Shown one piece after another: positions 1 to 13,400 of a stretch of 34,963 nt of DNA. A program made the position numbers and the translations under genes. The notes beneath the pieces were generated by a model. It was not told where the DNA came from. It saw only the letters and a program-made list of their open reading frames with translations, and searched no databases. The DNA lies in contig BCKQ01000007.1 of assembly GCA_001600695.1 (NCBI GenBank), positions 530,625 to 565,587 on the forward strand, written 5' to 3'. Source of the stretch: Ascoidea asiatica JCM 7603 (Eukaryota > Fungi > Ascomycota). Each line of letters begins with the position of its first letter. The first letter of the stretch is position 1.

Positions 1-234
1 TTCTGGGTCTGCATTATTTATTCTTTCTTCGAAGTTCTGTGTGCATCTCGAATGTACTGGAATCTTCGTGTTTGTTCTTAGAATGACGTAGTGTCTTCTA
101 GAACAATACTTTATTTTATTTCTTTTCTTAAGTATGGGAAGTGAACTTTCACATACTAAATTTACAAATTTATTCTTAAGATGGGTTACCCGCTCCTATT
201 TTCCACTAATATAAACAGGGTACTTACCTCCCAT
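1..234 (-). CDS. Candidate 7-nt first exon (ATG GGA G, 234-228) plus intron start of a gene running off the left edge
   Basis: Minus strand reads aaaaatATGGGAG|GTAAGT: A-rich leader, A at -3 and a consensus donor at 227-222. No downstream exon could be confirmed inside the window. Confidence 0.3.
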
Positions 235-630
235 ATTTTTTATATAATTTTTATATATTTTATATTTTAATTAACAATTGTTTATAATTTGAATTAGATA
301 TCTTCTTAGTAATAATTAGATATTTCGTTCGAACTACAATCAGTCTCGCCGTCGGCCCAACAGCACGAATAACAAGCCCAGCATTACCAACACTAAAATA
401 ACCACAAGAACCGGTTCAGGGCCACCGAAAAGCAGACATGGCATGTGATATGTTTATCTGGAACTCGTGGATTGAAATGTGGCGTTTGTCGGAGTTAGCT
501 TTTCTTAAATGGCGCAGAAGACACCCAAAGGAATGGATTTAATTCTAAATTAAATTTGAGACCATGTTAGTGGATCGAGTTTTGAAAAAATCAGTTCCAT
601 GTTTATGGATTCAGTTTTTATTTTTTATGC

Positions 631-649
631 TGACGTAATCCCTGACTCA
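631..649 (+). promoter_or_regulatory. Adjacent CRE-like (TGACGTAA, 631-638) and AP-1/Gcn4-like (TGACTCA, 643-649) bZIP sites upstream of MRPL44
   Basis: Exact motif matches about 190 bp upstream of the ATG at 831. Function is inferred. Confidence 0.35.
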
Positions 650-830
650 GTCTTGGTTTTTTCAAAGAAAAAGAAAAAGCATAATTTCAACACACATGCA
701 AGATTGAATATTGATGAATTTGATGAATTGATGAATTGATCAACTAGTTGATAAATAGAAGTTGTCTTATTTAGGTCAAGTGTTATTATTCTTGAAGTAA
801 GAAACATCAAATAATATTCAAATTACAGCA

Positions 831-1252
831 ATGATAACTAAATATTTTGCCAATGTGGTGATTAAATTCAATCCTTTTGCTCCAGAAGGTAAACCTTCAA
901 GATTATTTCTTTCTTCAATACCACCTTCTTTAAAAACATCTTGTAAAATAGATCATGAAATATTATCCGATAACTCAAAGATTAAACCAATTATAAAAGT
1001 TACTTATAGTATGTAGAACATATATTTAATATTCATAAATGTAAAAACTATTTACTAGTTCACTTTATTCATTCAATCAACATTTTTTAACTAACAATCT
1101 TTTTACCTATTTACCTATTTTTCTTTCTTTTTCTTTCAGAGGATAAAAAAACATTGGAAGTTAATCCATCAAATATGAAATTTAATGAAATTAGAGCCAT
1201 TTTCGATCATCATTCCAGACAATTGAAATTAAAAGAATCAATAGAAAGTTGA
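831..1252 (+). CDS. MRPL44: Mitochondrial large-subunit ribosomal protein mL53 (Mrpl44), 96 aa; exons 831-1008 and 1140-1252
   Basis: Spliced product MITKYFANVVIKFNPFAPEGKPSRLFL...KPIIKVTY|KDKKTLEVNPSNMKFNEIRAIFDHHSRQLKLKESIES* matches yeast Mrpl44 (MITKYFSKVIVRFNPF...VKVTYKDKKEMEVDPSNM). The ORF track shows only exon 1. Confidence 0.95.
1009..1139 (+). other. Spliceosomal intron of MRPL44 (131 nt)
   Basis: GTATGT donor at 1009, AACTAAC branch at 1089-1095, pyrimidine tract and CAG acceptor at 1137-1139. Splicing restores the conserved VTYKDKK. Confidence 0.92.
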
Positions 1253-1334
1253 TTATTAAAAGATACTAATATGTTGTTTATGTTAAACTCTTTTTATACT
1301 TTATTTTATTTATATACACAATTTTAATGAACAT

Positions 1335-1344
1335 CCTGTAAATA
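1335..1344 (+). promoter_or_regulatory. Puf3-binding element in MRPL44 3' UTR
   Basis: CCTGTAAATA matches CNUGUANAUA, about 85 nt after the stop of a mitoribosomal gene. Confidence 0.7.
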
Positions 1345-1540
1345 TTTCTTTTTACTATTGTTGGGTGCTTACGTAATTCAGCCACCGTTTAACAAACAAC
1401 TCCTTTAATTTTAACCTTTATTTTTTATCTCCATTTTATCTCTATTTTATCTTTATTTTGATTGATATATGAATATTAGAATACTGGTTTAATTATTTAT
1501 TTGATTCTTTGATTCTTTAATCAGTTACTAAAGTACTTCA

Positions 1541-1595
1541 ATAATTGAATAATTGAATAGCAATTGAATAAATGAATAATTGAATAACTGAATAA
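1541..1595 (+). repeat. Imperfect 8-bp tandem repeat (AATTGAAT)n, about 6 copies
   Basis: ataattgaataattgaatagcaattgaataaatgaataattgaataactgaata. Confidence 0.6.
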
Positions 1596-1895
1596 AATTC
1601 TTTTATCACATTCATTATTCAATATCTTTCTTTCTCTTAACAATATCTTAATTCAATTTTTGACTTCTCATTTAGGGGAAAGTAAAAATATTTATTATTT
1701 ACTTTTTTTTTTTCATTAACAACTAATCATTATTTATCATAAACATTATTTTATGACTAAATATTATTATATATATAAATCATTTATCAATTATCACTTA
1801 TCACTTATCACGTATACTTAAATTCAACTTTGCAATTACATACAATTTACATATAAACAATCAAATATTATATTAATCAACAATACTAAAACATA

Positions 1896-2096
1896 ATGGA
1901 AGATCATAATATTTGGAATACTTCTTCTTTATTGTATAATGATGAAATTAATAAATCCATAAACAATACTTTATATTCAAACCCATTTGCTGATTCAAAC
2001 AATATTTTATCAAATAATTCATCTACTCAATCACCTTCTCAATCTCAATCACAATCACCTTCTAAATCTCCTATTCAACCAAATAATACTATTAAC

Positions 2097-2131
<35 letters not shown>

Positions 2132-4508
2132 TAATAATAATAATGATAATAATAATAATGATAACGAATTAGAAAATGATGATTCAAATAATTCAAATAA
2201 CTCAAATAATCTTAATGAATTATCTTTTAGTTCTTCAATAAATTCAAAAAAAGATAATTCAATAAATATAAATTTATTATCCTCTTTAACAAATGATTTA
2301 TCAATTTCAAATATAAATCAATCAAATGATAATCAAATTAATAATTTAAGTATTAATTTAAATAATAATTTAAATGATAATATACCAAATAAAAATGATC
2401 CTTTATTCAGTGATATTGATCCAATTTTTAATTCAAATAATAATTTATCTCCAATTAATAATCAATCTTCTCCCATCCAATCTAATTATAATCATAATTA
2501 TAATTATAATCTTCAATCTCAATCTCCAAATAATATTACCAATCAATATATAAATCAATTAGATTCTGATCCATATTTAAACTCAAATTCTACAAAAATT
2601 ACTTCTTTCAATCATTCACCTAATCATTCAATCAATTTCAAATCAACTCCAATTAAAATGTTCAAAGCTAAAAAAAAGAAACAATCAAAAAAAACTAATC
2701 TATTAAATAATGACAATATAAATGTTAATATAGATAATAATATTATTAATAATAAACATACTAACAATACTGTTAATAATACTTCAAGTAATAATATTAA
2801 CCAAAATCAAAATCAAAATCAAAATCAAAGTCAATCTATGAATAACAATAAATCTAATAATTTCACTAAACATCCGAACATCTCTATTGATCCATTAGGT
2901 GTATCTGCCTCAAATCAATTGACCAATAATCATAACTCTTCAAATACTTCTTCGAATTCAAATTCAAATAAGCAAATTATTGATAATAAAAATTTAAGTT
3001 ATACTATAGATAAAAATAATTATGTTAAACTAGATATCAGAAAAATTAAAAAAATTTTATTCAAAGTTGAAAATAATATTGATAATAATAACAATAATAA
3101 TGATAATAATGACAATGATATTTATAATTTAGATAAAATTTTAGATAATTATCAAATTTCAATATATGATCCAATTAGAATTAATGAGCTAACTTCTTCG
3201 CATATTTTATATTCTGTTCAATCTTCTTCAAATTCAAAAGATTATTTAAATTTTAATTCAAATAAAGATTTAAATTCAATTGTTGTTCCAAGAAGATATA
3301 AAGATTTTAGATGGTTATATAATAATTTATTAATTAATCATCCTGGTATAATTATTCCACCTCCACCAATAAAACAAGCAATGGGCAGATTCAATTCTGA
3401 ATTTATTGAAAATAGAAGATTGAATTTAGAAAGAATGTTAATTAAAATTTCGAAACATCCATTATTGCAAAATGATTATGATTTCATTTTATTTTTGAAA
3501 AGTGATAACTTCAATAAAGATTCAAAAGAAAGAGATAAAGAAAAATTTTATAATATTGGTCAATCTCAATCTCAATCTCAAACAAATGCAAACAATGCAA
3601 ATCCTAATTCAAGTAATATAAGTACTAATACTGATACTGATGAAGATTCAAATAATTCAAATAATCAAAATAATACAAATATTTCTAATATTAATAACAC
3701 GAATATAAATACAAGCAATATTGATCTTCTGAATAATGAATCATCTTTTTTCAATAACTTGATACTATTTTCAAATTCTACTTCAAAATTTTCTTATTTC
3801 TTAAAAGATGAATATGATGAAGAATTTAAAGAAATTATTATATATTTAGACAAATTTGAATTCAATCTAAAAACTTTAAATAAGACTATGGAAAATGTTA
3901 TAGGTCAAAGAAAAGAATTAAGTAATTCAATCAATGAGTTTTCTCAATTTTTAAATATTTTCTCAGAGAATTTATTAATTGATGATTTAAAAGATTTAAT
4001 ATCTGATAACTTATCTGAAATAGTTTTCGAGTTTTCTAAAATTCATTATAGAATCAAAGAAATTACTGATAGAAATTCAATATCTGAGTCTTTAACTTTA
4101 AACATTATTGTAGAGGAATACATTCGGAATCTAAATTCAATTAAAATAATATTAAATCAAAGATTTAAAATTTATCAGAATCTAAAAATCATTGAAAATG
4201 AATTCATCAAAAAAAATTTCAATTTCAATAATTTCCGAAGATATCATAAAAATCAAATTGACAAACTATCAATAATGGAGAAGGAGTTAAATATTATCAA
4301 AGATAAAAAGAATTTTTTTTCTGAAGAATATACTAAAATTTCATTAACAATTAAAAATGAACTTAAAAGATTTGAGTTTTTGAAAATTGAAGACTTTAAA
4401 AACTCAGTGGAAACTTATTTAGAAAGTCTAATTGAGAATCAAAAAGAATGTATAGAAATTTGGGAAACATTTTTTCAAAGACAAAATTTAGGAAAGTTGG
4501 TCAAATAA
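1896..4508 (+). CDS. VPS5: Retromer sorting nexin Vps5 (PX + BAR), 870 aa, with long Asn-rich N-terminus
   Basis: PX motif VPRRYKDFRWLY...HPGIIIPPPPIKQAMGRFNSEFIENRRLNLERML; Vps5-type C-terminus DFKNSVETYLESLIENQKECIEIWETF. Confidence 0.93.
2097..2165 (+). repeat. Coding (AAT)n microsatellite (poly-Asn with Asp interruptions) in VPS5
   Basis: About 22 AAT/GAT triplets visible directly. Confidence 0.85.
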
Positions 4509-4840
4509 TTCCCTGTATATTTTTTTTTATGTTTGTTTTTTGAGAAATCAGCTTTCACTTTATATAGATTTTAGTCTTTTGAATACTAATCACTATAATA
4601 ATAATAATAATATTAATAATAATAATAATAATAATGAGTCATTGATCATTAGTAACTAATAATTAATCATTAATATCTAAATTGAAACTAATTTAAAGTA
4701 GGTTTTAGTAATAACTACATATCAATAAATAATGCATATTAACAATGAAAATTTTGAATAGAACTATTGACATTATAAACGAAGCTTAATACAAGAATAA
4801 AACAGGGTATTTACATAAATTTTCAATTCTTCCAAAAGAC

Positions 4841-6370
4841 TCAAACAATAATTTTAGCATCCACACATAATAGACCATCTTGATTTTCAATCCATATATC
4901 ATATTCACCCTGCCTGCTATCTACAATTTCTTTTGGTAAAAATTCCTCAAGCTTAAAAGGGGCATTGTCTTCATTACGAGATTCTAAGTCTGTTTCCGAC
5001 TCTACATCTAGCTGTGACAGATTTGTTTCTTTTTCAGTTTTTGATAAAGATTGTGAACTTATGGGTTTCGAATTTAGAAGTTTTTCATTATTCAATGGCT
5101 TATCATCCAATTTAGAGCTATTATATTTGTCCGATTTTTGGTCTTCAATGGATTCATTGTTTTCGCCCCCTTCGAATAAATCTTGAGCCTCTTCATTCAC
5201 GTTTTGCTTTTTGCTTTTATTATTCTCCAAAAGATTTTCTTCGCTGGGTTCCCTTTTAAGAAACTTTATAATTAATTGATCATTTACAAACAAAGGATGC
5301 CTATTCTTATATTCAATTGATTTAACCAAATTTTCAATGTTCGTATTTGACGTTCCACTAGAGGGTATATTTAGATTCAATTTTTGAACAAAAAATCTTA
5401 GCATTAGTACAACTAATAAAGGACCATGAATTAACAAATTTGGATAATTTTCAACTCTAGAAGTATATTTTGAGTCATAATGAATTTTATGGGAATTGAA
5501 AGTCAAAGCTGAAAATCTAAATAAAAAAGTTTTTGATAGCTTAATTGAAATTGAGTTGATTTTATTGTTATTGATTGGTTTACGATGAGTTATTGAAGGA
5601 GTTTTATAATTTAAATTATTTGAATAATATATAGATCTCAATTCAGTTATTGATAAATCATTTGAATTAAATAATTTTCTATTTATAGTAATGATGAAAT
5701 CATTCTTATTATTAAAAGTTTTTAAAGTCGAAACTTTCTCAATACAATTACTTATATTATTCAAAATTAAACTATTATTGTTATTAAAAATTAGTTTTCC
5801 TCCAGTCCATAACCTTTTTTTGAAAAATTGATTAAATTTGCCTGTTTTTAAATTTTTTGATATTTTATTGAAATTAAAATTTATTGGAGATTGATTATTA
5901 TTATAGCCATCCGAACCTATTAAATCCTCTTCAATGTACTGATTAAAAAAAATAAAATGATAACCAATCGGTAAAGGATCATCTGGCAGTAATAACTTCT
6001 GTTCGTTTGATTTATTCTTATAGTTTAAATTGGATAAGTTAATATCAGTTAACATCAAATTTAATTTGTTTGCATGAGTTGATGATAAATCATCATCGAT
6101 TAACCATGATTTGTGTTTAAAGTATTTAGTTAAACAAGATAAATTAGACTCTGATATTATATTATTCTCTTCTTGTTTTTGGTTCGAATTTTCATTTTCA
6201 TTAGAACTGTTAGTTACGTTTGCATTATTCAAAACTATTGATGTAGAAAAATATCTTGCAGTATTATGGGACAATAAGATGTAATTAGGTTTTTCCAAAA
6301 TCAATCTTCTTACTGACAGTAAACTATTTACAGGAGTATGATAGAATTTTATTATTACTCGATGAAACAT
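4841..6370 (-). CDS. HTD2: Mitochondrial hydroxyacyl-thioester dehydratase type 2 (double hot-dog fold), 509 aa
   Basis: Presequence-like N-terminus; motifs PLPIGYHFIFF, IGSDGY, RLWTGG, LFRFSALTFNSHKIHYD and YPNLLIHGPL. Confidence 0.88.
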   Translation of the reverse strand: MFHRVIIKFYHTPVNSLLSVRRLILEKPNYILLSHNTARYFSTSIVLNNANVTNSSNENENSNQKQEENNIISESNLSCLTKYFKHKSWLIDDDLSSTHANKLNLMLTDINLSNLNYKNKSNEQKLLLPDDPLPIGYHFIFFNQYIEEDLIGSDGYNNNQSPINFNFNKISKNLKTGKFNQFFKKRLWTGGKLIFNNNNSLILNNISNCIEKVSTLKTFNNKNDFIITINRKLFNSNDLSITELRSIYYSNNLNYKTPSITHRKPINNNKINSISIKLSKTFLFRFSALTFNSHKIHYDSKYTSRVENYPNLLIHGPLLVVLMLRFFVQKLNLNIPSSGTSNTNIENLVKSIEYKNRHPLFVNDQLIIKFLKREPSEENLLENNKSKKQNVNEEAQDLFEGGENNESIEDQKSDKYNSSKLDDKPLNNEKLLNSKPISSQSLSKTEKETNLSQLDVESETDLESRNEDNAPFKLEEFLPKEIVDSRQGEYDIWIENQDGLLCVDAKIIV

Positions 6371-7457
6371 TTATATGAAGTAATTTAAAGGAATATAGGA
6401 CAATAAATTGAAATTATACAATAAGTTTCAATGATTTTAAAGAAGGACTCTGAATAAGCTCTATACTTGTGCTTTTGGAATAAATTGTGGTTTGAGCAAA
6501 TATTTTTGAGGATTGTCAATTCATCTATTCTTGTTCATTTATTGTTTAGCTATCTGAATTTGTTTCAATTTGGTAGGGATATAAGAAAAAAAAACTAATA
6601 TTGGTTGTTTGAACAAAATCTATAGACAATTTTCTTAGATTTGCAAACATATTTATTTATGGCTGTAAAATGATAAAAAAGGAATAATCGAAGTGTGTAT
6701 GGGGCTCTTAAATGGGGAGAAGACGTGGAATTAGGGCTCTTATATACTAAAAAAAGGAGTACTGTGAACATGGTCTCTAATCCAATGACTTGATCAAAAA
6801 CACTTTTATTTTGTATGATGTTTTATAGAATACATAAAATTTTGAGAAAACATACTCAATTTAACTGTATTGTGGTAAATGTAAGGTTAAATAAACTTTT
6901 AAATATTTTTTATCTTTTTTCTTTTGGGGCTATAAGCGTTTTTTGCAATGCCCGAAATCTCTTGACGATTCTTTTACAAATTAATTTCTAGCTTTTTTTC
7001 AGCCCCTGAATTGAAATATATTTAGTTTAGAAAATCTAAAAAATAGATCGTAAAATGTTAACCTATTTATGATCATGTTTTAATTGATATTTTTGTCTGA
7101 AAAATTTGGAACGTATTTATCAATTTAAGGTTTAGAACTCATTAGATTGAAAAAAAAGCATTCGTGCATACACCTGCATTGTTTAGAGCTTACAACCTAA
7201 ACATGTTTGTTTTCTAAGACTTTACTTAGTTACAAAAACAACGATTAAAAGAAAGCATTTAAATTAAAGGAATGATCAAGGCCTAAACAACGTTTCCATC
7301 ATTCTTTCGCCAAAGCAATTATTCTATTTACTAATACACAGTCTATTTTAAGTCAATTATTTTTGATGAAAAGTCAGCTAGAGAATTAACTTTTATTATT
7401 CGTAACCCGGAATATAAACAAATACATTTTTAGTTCGTCGTTTATATATCATAGAAT

Positions 7458-10400
7458 TCATTTAGATCCGGTTTGATACCAACTATCTGGGACCATTAAA
7501 ATATATCTATTCATAGCAGCTCTAAATCTAGTTTTATATTGTTTGGGTGTTAAAATTGTTGGTTTTTTACCACCGCCGCCACCGACTAAACCCTTTTCCT
7601 TAACCCAGCTTTCAAGCTTTTTATCCCATGTAAAAGTACGGATGTAGTCAATTATTCCTACAACTAGTTCTCCATTTCCGTCCCGATCTTTATGTTCAGT
7701 ATCAATACCAATTACCAAAGAATAATCCATTACGTTCATCTTACTTAAAAACAAAGTATCATTGAATAGACATGCAGTCAATAAACTTTTATCATGGTCT
7801 CTTAAATACAAAGGTGAATCTGAAATATATTCAACCATATTTTCATCTAAGAGAACTTGATTTTTTTTATCCACTTGAACTTGAACATGCCTATTTCTCA
7901 TAGAACCTTTTAAGTCAAAAATTTTCAAGTTCTTTTTGTTATAAAATAAATTTTCCATTATTAAGACATTCATTTTAAAACTCTTTCCAGTTATTGAATT
8001 TTTGATTTGAATTTGATAAAATCCAAATATTTTCGATAATGAGGTTAACAAATCATGATATAATGCTTGTCCCATGTATTCAAAGTAATTGGGAGCAATT
8101 TTGACAAATGCTTCAAGCTCGGCATGTGATAATTGTTTTATAATAAATCTATCATCTAATGTTTTCAAAAAAGCTGATCCACTTTTACCACCATTAGAAT
8201 CCCATTTAATACATCTAGAAATGCTTTGAATAAAATTTTCATCACAGCCGCATTTTTGTCTAAAAGCATCAAATTGTTCAGCATAAAATATTTTACATGA
8301 AAAAGTAGAACCGTCTTCTAAGAATAAATACTTAAGATGCACAGCAGTTGTTTTCAACATAATGGTTTTCAATAAAATATCATCGTTCAATTTTTTCTCG
8401 TTACCTGTTGAATCATCAGCAAAAGTAAGAGCAATCTTGAGATTATCAATTTTTTCTTTATAGTCAGTGGAGCTTAAGCAAAAAGCAATCACAGAGCATG
8501 GCTCATCTTCACGAACAATAACATTACTATCGGCAAAAACATGCTCGGATGGAGATAATGGGTATTCTAAAGGTTTCCATAAAGTAGCAGATCTGTCTGC
8601 CCAGAAGGTTTTTAAAGTATCTATCAAGGTGTTCTTTTCCCTTAGATCATCTGCCCTATCCTCCAAATTTGGATGTTTTTCATTATTTGCGTCTTCTTCA
8701 TCAGAACCACTGTCATTACTCAGAGTATCACTTAGCTCCGGAGTTTCGGTGTTATCATGATGGGTATAATCTTGTTCAGTATTGAAATTGTTCTGAGATT
8801 CTGATGTTTTAGTATCAGTATCTCCACTAAAGGCGTCACTGCTTTTATTGCCATTTGCAAATAAATTTGTCTCTTGAGAAGAAGTAAAATTGGTAACCTG
8901 GGTGTTTTCAGATGTTTTAGATGAATCAACAGCGTCTTTTACAGTTTGATTGAGTTGAGTATTTACCCCTGATGAGGAGTTAATATGACTCCTAGAGTCT
9001 GTATCAGTTACTGAATCTAAAACAATCATTTTTGGATTATCATTTACTCTTTTATTCATAGCGTCAGCAATTTCGCTTCTAATATTTTGGACCTTTTTGA
9101 AATTTTCCATTTCTGTTTTCTTAATATCCTCTTTTGAATCTTCATCATCGGAAAGTTCTTCGACCGCATCTTTAGCACTTTCATAGATCTCGACTACTGG
9201 CTTCGATTGAACAACTGGAATTGCCCTGTAATTATTTCTATAAATTTTTCGCCTTTCACGTTCTCTTTGTAATTTGAACTCGTTAGAAAGTTGATCAAAA
9301 TGAATTTGATCAAAAAATTTACTTAATTGCAAAACTTTTCCATCCAGTCTTCCTTGTAATTGCCTAGGTCGTGCCTGTCTTAATTGTAATTCAAGCTGTT
9401 TTGTACTTAAGCCTGAAAGTTTTGGAATTTTAGAAGGAATGTTATAGGCAGTGAGAGAATCCTTTCTTGGTGGGAACGATTCTATCCTAAGAGAAGATTT
9501 TCTAACAGGAATTCTAGTAGGTATTTTGGATGGTAAAACTTTTGGTTTTACTACAATTTCTTCAGGTTCTTTCTCCTTTTGTTTGGAATCGCTTTTATCT
9601 GGGGAGTCGTGTATAATTGCTTCCATCATACTAACTCGCTCTAAAACTTTAGATTTTTCCCTTGGTTTAGCCAAAGTTGATGTGGAATTTGATTGCGAAA
9701 GCTGTTGGCTGTTTTCAGCCTCATTATGTGGCAATTCTAAATTTTCTAAAGATGTCAAATCTTCTTGTTTGACAGCTTCTTTAGTACTTTTTTTTTCTAA
9801 AGTGTCTAGGTCTTCACTAATTCCACTTCCTTTTACATCTTTGTTAAAGAGTTTCCCTGTTTCTAATGGGGATTCATTTGCTATATCAACTACCTTTTCA
9901 TTGTTTACACTCTGTGGTAATTGGCATTCATTATTATTTTCCTTTATAGTTTCTAATTCTAATCCTAAATTGTCAGTAGATGGACAAGTCTTGTCATCTA
10001 ACACAATTTCATTCAATTTGAACGAGGGATTACTGGAAGTTCCTACTAGATTAGGCTTTTGCTCCAATTGTAGTTTCTCAGTTTCAACTGTACTCGAGCT
10101 TGGAGTTAGTTCTTCCATTTCCACATCTTCCTTTGATGTTTCCATTGTGTAAAACAAGTTCCTCATTATTGTTGAGATATCTTTTTCTGATGGCAAAAAG
10201 TTTTTTGAAAATACTGAAAAAGTATCTTGCCAATCTACTCCCAATGCTTGAACTTTCCTAATAATCAAGTTTAGTTTTAAATATTCATTAGGGGCAGTAG
10301 TATCATATATTGTTTCTATTTCATTCTGAATTTGCTTATGCTGTTCCTGACAAATTTTTTTCAAATCTATAAGTTTTTGCTTACCCGCTGTTAAATCTAC

Positions 10401-13400
10401 TTTAACACGATTTAATCGATTCAAAACACTATCAAAAAATTTGTTTGTCTTGTCTGTCACTTCCTTATAAAGTTCAATTTTGAGCCGAATATCAACCTCC
10501 CCAAGAAATGAAAAAGAAGATTTTGGTATAGAAAGACTAAGAGTCTGAATTCTAGAATAATCCATTTTTACAACCATTTTATTGAATCCAAAATACTTGG
10601 TCCTATCTTTGAAAAAATCATGTTTGCAAGTTAAAGTAGAAGTACAGTTATTAGACAAAAAGCTGAGCTCAAAATATTTACTGAGAGATATATTCCAAGT
10701 ATTCTGGTTCATTGGAATAGCTGGTGTTTTATGCAGGCATACTTTACAAACACTCCACATAAATATCATATGCTCGCATCCAGGAATTGGACTTGGATGC
10801 TTTTCTACACGAACATCTATTCTTCCTTTTCCATGAATATAACTTCTATAGTGATCATCTAAGGCTCTACCACAATCATTACAAAGTTGATGGGATGAAT
10901 ATATTAAATCTTGTATGTACAGTCCCAAGGAGCTGTCACTTTGCCAATAAAACTCAACTTGTATGGGCATGGGCCCAAAACAAGTTGAATTTTGAGATGA
11001 AAGGGAATATAAAATCACAATATTTTGATGAATAGCCGGTTCTAGCAACAAATAAGGAGAAGATTGACAAAAAATTTCCCATTGTTTTGATTTGACCATA
11101 AATGAAGACTCATAATCTTCAATTCTTGAAACAACTAGCTGTCTCGCTATCTTTAATAAATTCTTTCTCGATAAAGATGTTAAATCGATGGCTATATCGA
11201 ACTGCTCTTGTATCTTCTGTGGGCTTATTTCATAACTATCATTAGATATAATCTCTTTTGTGCTCTCTTTGAAATTTAGCAAATCCTTTTCGATATTTCT
11301 TGCTTTCAACAATATATAAGGTAACGTAAAGTGGACAGACGGTGATACAGAGATCAACCGTTTTTGAAAATACTTCACAAATTCATAATAATAAGAAGAT
11401 TTGTACAATTTTTCATTAAATTCATTTTTCGTTTCTATTTTAAGATATGAATCATAAACCAAATAGGTTTCAAGCTTTAGATTAAAAACTAAAAATGTCA
11501 TAAATTCAGCAATATTTTTAATAATTCTCAACTGTTCTTGACTTCCTCCTCTTAAAACTAAAGTGCATCCTAAATCTTTTCTACAGCCGGAGAAGAAAAA
11601 AAAAGATTTCCGGACATTCTCATATAAAAATGTTCTAACTTCAAATAGTTCACATATTCCCAACTTGGGATTAAGTGAAAGTTTATCCATAGAACTAATA
11701 ACATCTGCTTCCGTCACACGGGCTAATTTCTCTATGACCTGAGGTTTAACATTATAAGCAGTTGCAATGCCAGCATCACTTAATAACTTCAATGCTACCC
11801 CGCTACAATTTGCTCCGATTAAAACAATATCTGGTTTCAATGCTATAATTCTTCCAACCAATTTCTCAAGATATTCTTTTTCTTGAGCAAAAACCTGCTC
11901 AAGACTCATGAAATGATGTTCTGATTTATTATATTCTACCGAAAAAACAATCAAACAGATTTTGGGATTTTTTATTTTTGAAGCCATATTCTTCAAAGCC
12001 AACGTTTTGGAAAAAACCATACCATCTACATAAAAAGAATCCTTAGGTATACCACCTTCTATTCTTTTTATTTTGACGTATCGTCTTATATCCAAATCTA
12101 CGGGTCTCATAATTCTGGGGTTCAATGATTCAATTCCCACAATTATCTTATTTAAAGTTTTATACCAATCTCTTTTGACATTATTGGAAAGAGTTTCATC
12201 ATTCAATAATTGCTTCAAAAACTTTTTGGAATATTCTTCATTAACTTGACTAATGAGATGCTCTAATTTTTTTGATTCTTTGATAAACTTGTGATTACTA
12301 TTAAATGAAAAAGTAGGTGCTCGACTTTTTACTATTTTATTATTAATAGGCTTTAATTGCCCATATTTCTTATTATTATGATTGTTATTATTATTAATAT
12401 TATTTCCTACTGTTGTATTACTAAGAGCCAGATTATTACTACTATGCCCAGATGCAAAATTGAAGTTGAAAGATAAATTTGGTATTGAACTTGAGTTCTT
12501 TATTAAAGAAAGTAATGTACTGTTTGCAACATTGTCATCTGCATGATGAGCAGTATTATTTCCAAGTTTCTCTGTTTTACTATAACTTATGTTTGAATCA
12601 TCAAGTGAAAATTTGCCTTTAGGTTTTCTATAACCTGATCTATTTAAGCTTTTACTTCTTTTCAACCTCTGAAGAGAAGCACTCGCTCTTTCATCTGATC
12701 TTAAGTAATTTGTCCTTGCTTTTCGTAGGTTTGAAGTGGGTTCTGATTGCAATCCAGGAATATTCAGACTACTTGAAAAGCTAACACTGGAGTTAATAGG
12801 ATTAGATGGCTTAAATGAAACAGTTGGTAATGGTATATTACTTGAAGTAGTAGTATTTGGAACATGGCCATGGAGAGCTGTATATAATGACATTGACTGT
12901 TCATCTTCGTCTTCCGACTCGTCGGAATCAGAATCAGAATTATAATTATGATTATGATAAGCGGAATTATGCTTATTTTCACCATGCAATGAAATTGTAC
13001 TGTAATTATTTAAATTGCTGAAACTTAAATTTGAATGTATTGAGGGTAATTTTGAAATATTTAAAACTGATAAGTTTTTATTCAGCTGAAAACTTTTCAA
13101 AGATGTTGAAGTTAACATTTCAGCTTGATTTTCTGGAGAAAGGTTATTTTTTTGGTGACCGGAATTCATGTTGGAGTTTTCAGAAGAGATTATAGGAATA
13201 TTATTCAAATTTAGTTCATGTTTGTTACTGGTTGCACTATCTATTATTGAAGGTTGTTGATTATTCGGCTGATCGATATCCTGATTTAAAACTGAATTGT
13301 TCTCATCAGAAGAGTCATCATCGTAGGAATCCACATTTATTGAACAATCTTTGCACACTCGAAGTTTCCCTTTATAATTGTATTTTTCGCCTGACACTAA

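Noticed and set aside
221-230. TACTTACCT resembles the U1 snRNA 5' end
   Set aside because: Preceded by G, not A, and followed by unstructured AT-rich DNA with no U1 stem-loops. Better explained as the complement of a minus-strand splice donor.
6700-6742. Direct repeat GGGCTCTTA x2, superficially like the RNase MRP 3' motif
   Set aside because: No matching upstream GAAAGTCCCC-type CR-I element. At most a TF site in the HTD2 promoter.
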